From contig CAXBME010000022.1 in NCBI GenBank assembly GCA_963976765.1, forward strand, positions 124,001 through 147,314: DNA of 23,314 bases. Reading direction: 5' to 3'. Every line of letters starts with the position of its first letter. The stretch's first letter is position 1. The DNA is from an uncultured Planctomycetaceae bacterium. GTDB taxonomy: Bacteria > Planctomycetota > Planctomycetia > Planctomycetales > Planctomycetaceae. Below are positions 18,243 through 23,314 of this stretch, piece by piece. The translations under genes were made by a program, and so were the position numbers. Below the pieces are notes generated by a model, which searched no databases, was not told the DNA's origin, and saw only the letters and a program-made list of their open reading frames with translations.

Positions 18243-18298
18243 CCGTGTGTTCCGAAAACAGCCAATAATTGCTGCAAAATAGGGGACGATCCATGTCC
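18238..18298 (-). promoter_or_regulatory. Pair of putative CsrA/RsmA GGA-loop hairpins at the start of the Zn-ribbon gene
   Basis: CACA-CGGA-TGTG (18249-18238) includes the ATG itself. GGAC-ATGGAT-c-GTCC lies at 18298-18284. Confidence 0.5.
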
Positions 18299-18409
18299 GG
18301 AAATCTGATCAGAGCGAGCTTTTTAGCGTGCCGGACCGCACAGACACAAGACCGGATCCCGGATCGGCAGTTGAATCCTGCCCGAACTGCCGCAATAACG
18401 ACTGGCAGC

Positions 18410-18449
18410 AACAAAACAGGGAGCAGATCGATCAGCGATCCGCTCCCTG
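18410..18449 (-). terminator. Intrinsic terminator of the 1414-aa RTX gene
   Basis: Minus strand cagggagcggatcg-ctgat-cgatctgctccctg-ttttgtt: 14-bp stem (one G-U) plus U-tract, about 50 nt after the stop. Confidence 0.8.
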
Positions 18450-18499
18450 CTTTCATTTCAGTCTGCTATTCAGCAACGCTGCTACCAGTATCCCGAATT

Positions 18500-21400
18500 T
18501 CAGATACCGTCGAGTTGTGTGAGCTGGAAGGCGCTGAGCATGAAGGACTCGTCGATGATTTCCACGTTGAGGGTCCGGTCGTCTCCTTCGCCTGTCACAG
18601 CGAGGTCTGTGCCGGCCTCCCCGTCCAGAATGTCGTCACCCTGATCACCGATCAGCGTGTCGTCGCTGCTGCCACCGGCCAGCGAATCATTGCCGTCGTT
18701 GCCACGCAGCGTGTCCGAACCACCGTTGCCGTTCAGCGTGTCGTCACCATCGTTACCGGCGATGCCGTCACGGCCCGAACCGCCTGAGATCCGATCGTTG
18801 CCGTCACCGCCGACAATCTCATCGTCACCGGCCTGACCGTTCAGCGTGTCGTCACCGTGGTCACCACGGATCGTGTCGTTGCCCGCCTGACCGTTGATCA
18901 GGTCGCCGTCACGACCGCCGTCAGCGATATCGTCACCCGCACCACCAGAGATCGAATCACGACCGAAGCTGCCGTCCAGAGAGTCGTTACCAGCGTTACC
19001 GTTCAGGTTGTCATCCCCGAAACCGCCTCGCAGCGTGTCATCGCCTTCGTTGCCGACCAGCGTGTCGCCATCCAGACCGCCCAGCAGACTGTCGTTACCA
19101 AGCCCGCCGGTTATCGAGTCATTACCCGCTCCGCCATCAGCAGTGTCGTCACCGTCCTGAGTGTTGATCACGTCGTTGCCGTCGCCACCCTGGATACTGT
19201 CGTTGCCACCGCCGCCATTGATCAGGTCGTCGCCGGCATCACCAAACAGGCTGTCACCAGACGCTCCACCCGTGATCGTGTCGTTACCGTCACCACCACG
19301 AAGACGAACGCGAACGCTGCCGGGAATCAGCCCAGATGCATCGATCGTGTCAGCACCCAGACCACCGTCAACCGTCAGAGCACTCAGCGGAACGCCGCTC
19401 AGATCACCGACCGTCACCGTGTCGGCACCTGCCTGAGTGTTGACATTCACCGTGCTGATCGATGGATCAACAACCAGAGTCGAACTGCCTTCTCTCACCG
19501 TCACCCGGCCCAGCGCGTCCTGACCAATCACAACCGTGTCGTCTGTCACGCCTGTGTTGACCGTCACCGTGTCGGCACCGTTGCCCCCGAAGATCGTGTC
19601 GTTACCGTCCTCGTCACCTTCAAACACGATCTCGTCGTCGCCGTCGCCCCCGGTCACCGAGTCTGCGCCACCCTGGCCATCCAGAGAATCATCACCGTCC
19701 TGACCATCAATCGTGTCACGACCAGAGCCACCAAGAACCGTGTCGTTACCACCACCAGCAAGAATGCTGTCGTCACCACCATTACCATTGATGAAGTCGT
19801 TGCCCGACGCGGCAATCAAAGTGTCGTTACCATCACCACCGAAGATCGTGTCATCCTCGGGACCCGATGCCGTTCCGGCCAGTGCCGCTTGTGGCACAGA
19901 AATGACGGGGTATGCAATCTTCTCGATGGCAACGACGCTGCTTTCACCAGAAGCATCTTCTGCCGACAGGCCACCGATAATTCCGCCAACATTGTCGTTG
20001 ATCGTTCCGGTTCCGCTCCCCGTACCAATCATCGCCCCACCTGTGGGATTAGACAGAACGATGGTGAACGACTCTGGTGACTCAACAATGGAATCGTCCA
20101 GAATACGGATACTGATCTCTTGCGTGGTCACTCCCGGCGCGAATGTCAGTGTTCCGTTCTGGGCCACATAGTCCTGACCGGCGATCGCAGTTCCGTCCAT
20201 TGTCGCAAAATCAACAGTCACCGTCTGAGCTAACGCGCGACTCAGCGTGACAGTAAACGGTTGCCCGACAAGCGTGCTTAGTTCGTTATCAAGATCACTT
20301 GGCTGGATGACACGAATCGCTGTCGGGTCATACGACAACGCGATAAGGTTTGGCGGGTTCGTCGTGCTTGTACTGCTGTCGACCTGAAAGGCCCGGATTG
20401 TCCGTCCTACGGCAAGTGCCGCCTGTCGTGAAGCAGCCGTCGCACTACCGATGGCGAAATCGGACAGCACAACAAGCGTACCTTCGTTATTGGGAGTGGC
20501 AAGTGTTGTAAAAGTCTGGTTTGCCATTCCAATAATGTCAGTCCCGGAGTTTGGTAACGTTGTTGCTCGAACATTCCTGAGAATCTCTTCAACGTCATTC
20601 ATCCCGTTGCCATTTACATCAGCTGCAGCTGTCGTGCTGAGATTCGCAGTAAACGGGACGTACCCCGCTGTCGGTGACATTTCAAGACGACCAACACCAA
20701 AAGAGTTGTCAAAGAATGTAATCATCCCGATTCGAAGTGTTGGGAAGTTCGGAGCCAGTGTCGTCGTCACATAGTTAATCAACGAGGCCAGTTCAACGTC
20801 CAGGATTGTATTCGTTCGGCCATCCCCATTGACGTCTCCAACGTTTGCATTCGGGAACGTAAGCCCGGCACTGCCTGAGATATCGATCGCAAAGATCAGA
20901 TCGCTCTGCGACGCCTCGTCGAACGTCTGGTTGTCAATCGAGAAAGTACCACCGTCGTCATCAACAATCGTTACGGTGCCGGTTCCATCCAGAATGATTC
21001 CATTCATCACGCCAGAGAGCACAACGTTAAATGTTTCATCCCCTTCCGTGTCACTATCGCCATTAATCGTCACCGTGATGGTTTGTGTTGCAGTGGAGTT
21101 CGCCGGAAACGTAACGGTTCCAGTCGTAGACACATAATCAGCACCGGCGGTTGCCGTACCATCCGTCGTTGCAAAATTGACAGTCACTGGAACAACACTT
21201 GGATTCGACAATGTCACGTTGAGCGTCGCCGTTGTCGTCGTTCCTGTAGTTCCTTCCGGATCGACTGAGACGTCGCTGATCGAGATGCCGGCAACATCAT
21301 CGTCTACAATCGTGATAACGCTGGTTCCAATACCAATCCCAAGATTAGACGCATTAGAAAGAACCACGGAAAACGTTTCATTTCCTTCAGCAATATTATC

Positions 21401-22744
21401 ACCCAGCACCGGAATGGTAATCACGCGGGACAGTTCACCCGACGCAAATACAATTGTTCCAGAGGTAGCTGTGTAATCCTGTCCTGACACAGCCGATCCG
21501 TTCACCGTTGCAAAGTCGACACTCGCAGCTCCACCAATGTCCGTAGTTCGCGAGACAATTAATGAAACAAGCCGCGAACCAGCATTGCCTTCAGGATTTA
21601 CTGTGGCAACTGCAGTAATATCTACCTGAGCCTGACCGCCGAAGACGAGGTCGTTTCCAGCGTCGCCAAAAATGCAGTCGGCTCCACCGCCGCCGAAGAT
21701 CGTATCATCGCCACTGTTGCCTCTCAGCGTATCCAGTCCATCGCTGCCCTGGAGCTGGTCGTTGCCGCCACCACCGTACACCGCATCGTCGCCAGCGCCC
21801 CCGTCGATCAGGTCGTTGCCGGCATTTCCATTGACGATGTCATTTCCACCGTTTCCATTCAGTGTGTCCTGCCCGGTCTGGCCATTGATGACATCGTCGC
21901 CGTCGTCACCATTGATCGAGTCGTTGCCGGCCTGGCCGTTGATGGTGTCGTTGCCGAGACCGCCGGAAACGGTGTCGTTGTCCGCACCGGCAAAGACAAC
22001 GTCGTTACCGTCCCCACCGTCGATCGAGTCGAACCCCCCGTCACCGTTCAACGTGTCGTCGCCGGCTTCCCCGAAAATTACGTCTGCACCGTTGTTCGCC
22101 AGAACTGAGTCGTTACCAGCCCCGCCGAAAATTGTGTCGTCGCCGTCGTCGCCAACGATGGTGTCGTTACCTGCACCCGCATTGACCGAGTCCTGACCAT
22201 CGCCCGCATTGATATCGTCGTCACCTGCACCCGCGTTAATAACGTCATCACCGTCGTTGCCACGCAGAACGTCAGCGGCACTGCTGCCGGTTATCGTGTC
22301 AGCACCATCCCCACCCATCAGCGTTCCGCCAATGTCAGTCGTTCCGATGATCACGTCGTCGCCATCGCCAGAATCTACTTCGATCGACGTGAGAGACGTG
22401 AAGACACCTGCCGTGATACCGCTCAGGTCAATCTGGTTATTACCCGAACCGGTGAAAATCGTCAGACCCGTCAGAGAACCAGCCGGTACACTCGACCCTG
22501 AGGCCAGAACCGTGCCGTTGATCAGAACTTCAGCACGACCAGTCGTCGAATTCGCCTGAACCGTCACATTCTCTGACGCGTCAGTCAGAACGGTAAGCTC
22601 TGTTCCGATCACCAGAGCCGTCGCTGTCAGCAACGTACGTTCCTCAAGATGTTCCGCATGTCGCTGTCGACTGCGAACAACCCTTCGACTCCGAGTGTTG
22701 TTCAATCGGGCACGGAAGCCTGTAAGCCAGGGGCGTAGTGACAT
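18500..22744 (-). CDS. Large planctomycete surface/adhesin-like protein: LEPR-xLL leader, RTX repeats, 3 Calx-beta domains, vWA domain, RTX repeats
   Basis: AAGGAG six to seven nt before ATG; Arg-rich leader ending EHLEERTLLT; two GGxGxD blocks; Calx-beta motifs (VDFATVNGSAVSGQDY...FASGE...GNETFSVVLSN); vWA MIDAS DISGS...T...LSD; tail IIDESFMLSAFQLTQLDGI. Confidence 0.92.
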   Translation of the reverse strand: MSLRPWLTGFRARLNNTRSRRVVRSRQRHAEHLEERTLLTATALVIGTELTVLTDASENVTVQANSTTGRAEVLINGTVLASGSSVPAGSLTGLTIFTGSGNNQIDLSGITAGVFTSLTSIEVDSGDGDDVIIGTTDIGGTLMGGDGADTITGSSAADVLRGNDGDDVINAGAGDDDINAGDGQDSVNAGAGNDTIVGDDGDDTIFGGAGNDSVLANNGADVIFGEAGDDTLNGDGGFDSIDGGDGNDVVFAGADNDTVSGGLGNDTINGQAGNDSINGDDGDDVINGQTGQDTLNGNGGNDIVNGNAGNDLIDGGAGDDAVYGGGGNDQLQGSDGLDTLRGNSGDDTIFGGGGADCIFGDAGNDLVFGGQAQVDITAVATVNPEGNAGSRLVSLIVSRTTDIGGAASVDFATVNGSAVSGQDYTATSGTIVFASGELSRVITIPVLGDNIAEGNETFSVVLSNASNLGIGIGTSVITIVDDDVAGISISDVSVDPEGTTGTTTTATLNVTLSNPSVVPVTVNFATTDGTATAGADYVSTTGTVTFPANSTATQTITVTINGDSDTEGDETFNVVLSGVMNGIILDGTGTVTIVDDDGGTFSIDNQTFDEASQSDLIFAIDISGSAGLTFPNANVGDVNGDGRTNTILDVELASLINYVTTTLAPNFPTLRIGMITFFDNSFGVGRLEMSPTAGYVPFTANLSTTAAADVNGNGMNDVEEILRNVRATTLPNSGTDIIGMANQTFTTLATPNNEGTLVVLSDFAIGSATAASRQAALAVGRTIRAFQVDSSTSTTNPPNLIALSYDPTAIRVIQPSDLDNELSTLVGQPFTVTLSRALAQTVTVDFATMDGTAIAGQDYVAQNGTLTFAPGVTTQEISIRILDDSIVESPESFTIVLSNPTGGAMIGTGSGTGTINDNVGGIIGGLSAEDASGESSVVAIEKIAYPVISVPQAALAGTASGPEDDTIFGGDGNDTLIAASGNDFINGNGGDDSILAGGGNDTVLGGSGRDTIDGQDGDDSLDGQGGADSVTGGDGDDEIVFEGDEDGNDTIFGGNGADTVTVNTGVTDDTVVIGQDALGRVTVREGSSTLVVDPSISTVNVNTQAGADTVTVGDLSGVPLSALTVDGGLGADTIDASGLIPGSVRVRLRGGDGNDTITGGASGDSLFGDAGDDLINGGGGNDSIQGGDGNDVINTQDGDDTADGGAGNDSITGGLGNDSLLGGLDGDTLVGNEGDDTLRGGFGDDNLNGNAGNDSLDGSFGRDSISGGAGDDIADGGRDGDLINGQAGNDTIRGDHGDDTLNGQAGDDEIVGGDGNDRISGGSGRDGIAGNDGDDTLNGNGGSDTLRGNDGNDSLAGGSSDDTLIGDQGDDILDGEAGTDLAVTGEGDDRTLNVEIIDESFMLSAFQLTQLDGI

Positions 22745-22750
22745 GGCGAA

Positions 22751-22757
22751 ACTCCTT
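22751..22757 (-). promoter_or_regulatory. Shine-Dalgarno sequence
   Basis: AAGGAGT-ttcgcc-ATG. Confidence 0.8.
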
Positions 22758-22829
22758 TTAGGCCGTTCCTGCTGACAGGGACAACCGAATCAAATCTGGT
22801 AAGTAGCCCAGGAAAATCCAGTGTCAGCT

Positions 22830-22846
22830 CTGTAAACCGTTTACAG
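22830..22846. promoter_or_regulatory. Palindromic candidate operator or inner hairpin
   Basis: CTGTAAAC-C-GTTTACAG is a perfect 8-1-8 dyad about 85 nt upstream of the RTX gene start. Confidence 0.35.
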
Positions 22847-23183
22847 GGCAATGATGAACGACTGGATTACCAGTACCGCTGAATTTTCAGATGCGGGAGT
22901 GAATTGAACCTGACAGGCGGCGAAAAGGTGTTCCGCGATCTGTCAAGAAATAATTCCACTTCAGTTACTTGTTTCGGCGAACCTGCAGCCAGCAGTTGTG
23001 ACCACTTGCGCATATGTCAGAAACTGTCGACCGTTTGAAAGGCAATGCCCATTCATCAGTCAGGACCGTAGAGACTGTACTGACTGGCGGATAACAATCA
23101 GACAAAACCACTGACTCACAAAGAGCAACACTTACAGCCGGCACACTCCCCACGACCGTTGTAATAAGGTTTCGCCAGTCACC

Positions 23184-23216
23184 AACAAAAACAGCCCGAC
23201 CAGTTGGTCGGGCTGT
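23184..23216 (-). terminator. Intrinsic terminator of the upstream paralogue
   Basis: acagcccgacca (23191-23202) / tggtcgggctgt (23205-23216), followed on the minus strand by ttttgtt. Confidence 0.85.
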
Positions 23217-23253
23217 CTCGGGCATTCAGATTGTGCCGGTCGCGTTTCCGTTA

Positions 23254-23314
23254 TCAGACACCGTCGAGTTGTGTGAGCTGGAAGGCGCTGAGCATGAAGG
23301 ACTCGTCGATGATT
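23254..23314 (-). CDS. 3' end of a tandem paralogue of the 1414-aa RTX protein (partial; not in the ORF track)
   Basis: Reads ...IIDESFMLSAFQLTQLDGV-TGA-TAA and is 60/61 nt identical to 18500-18560. Its own terminator follows. Confidence 0.85.
   Translation of the reverse strand, partial: IIDESFMLSAFQLTQLDGV

Noticed and set aside
18500..18560. Diversity-generating retroelement TR/VR pair (3'-end repeat with an A/G difference)
   Set aside because: There is only one mismatch, both copies are gene ends with their own stops and terminators, and no reverse transcriptase lies in the window.
23030..23075. Hammerhead-like CUGAUGA followed by a small stem on the minus strand
   Set aside because: The required GAAA after stem II is absent (it reads ucaaac), and no convincing stems I and III were found.
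22760..23183. c-di-GMP or other riboswitch ahead of the adhesin gene
   Set aside because: No recognisable aptamer consensus by eye; an Infernal scan would be needed.

Overview
The window is a chromosomal segment from a GC-rich bacterium, very likely a planctomycete, judged from the LEPR-xLL/Planc_extracel-type leader and the gene content. The housekeeping core is serS, larC (with a long C-terminal His-Asp tail), a small membrane protein, a GT4 glycosyltransferase, tag, truD and uvrB. It also holds an exported trypsin/DUF1080-like/SirB1-like/TPR fusion and a Zn-ribbon membrane protein. A lower-GC two-gene module (12-aa-repeat secreted protein plus TPR/outer-membrane beta-barrel) sits between the GT4 gene and tag. 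Both ends carry large RTX-repeat surface proteins. The most notable signal is this RTX family. The complete 1414-aa gene has a compositionally distinct Calx-beta/vWA middle between high-GC RTX arms, and its last 61 nt are 60/61 identical to the end of a second gene entering from the right edge. It also shares a ~450-aa C-terminal module and an IDExFxL tail with the left-edge gene, which carries a different passenger domain. This suggests a constant-carrier/variable-passenger adhesin system (inference). Intergenic DNA holds REP-like elements, CACGGA-triplet palindromes and CsrA-type GGA hairpins at two start codons. No rRNA, tRNA, CRISPR array or transposase was seen. All family assignments come from motif recognition by eye, not database searches.
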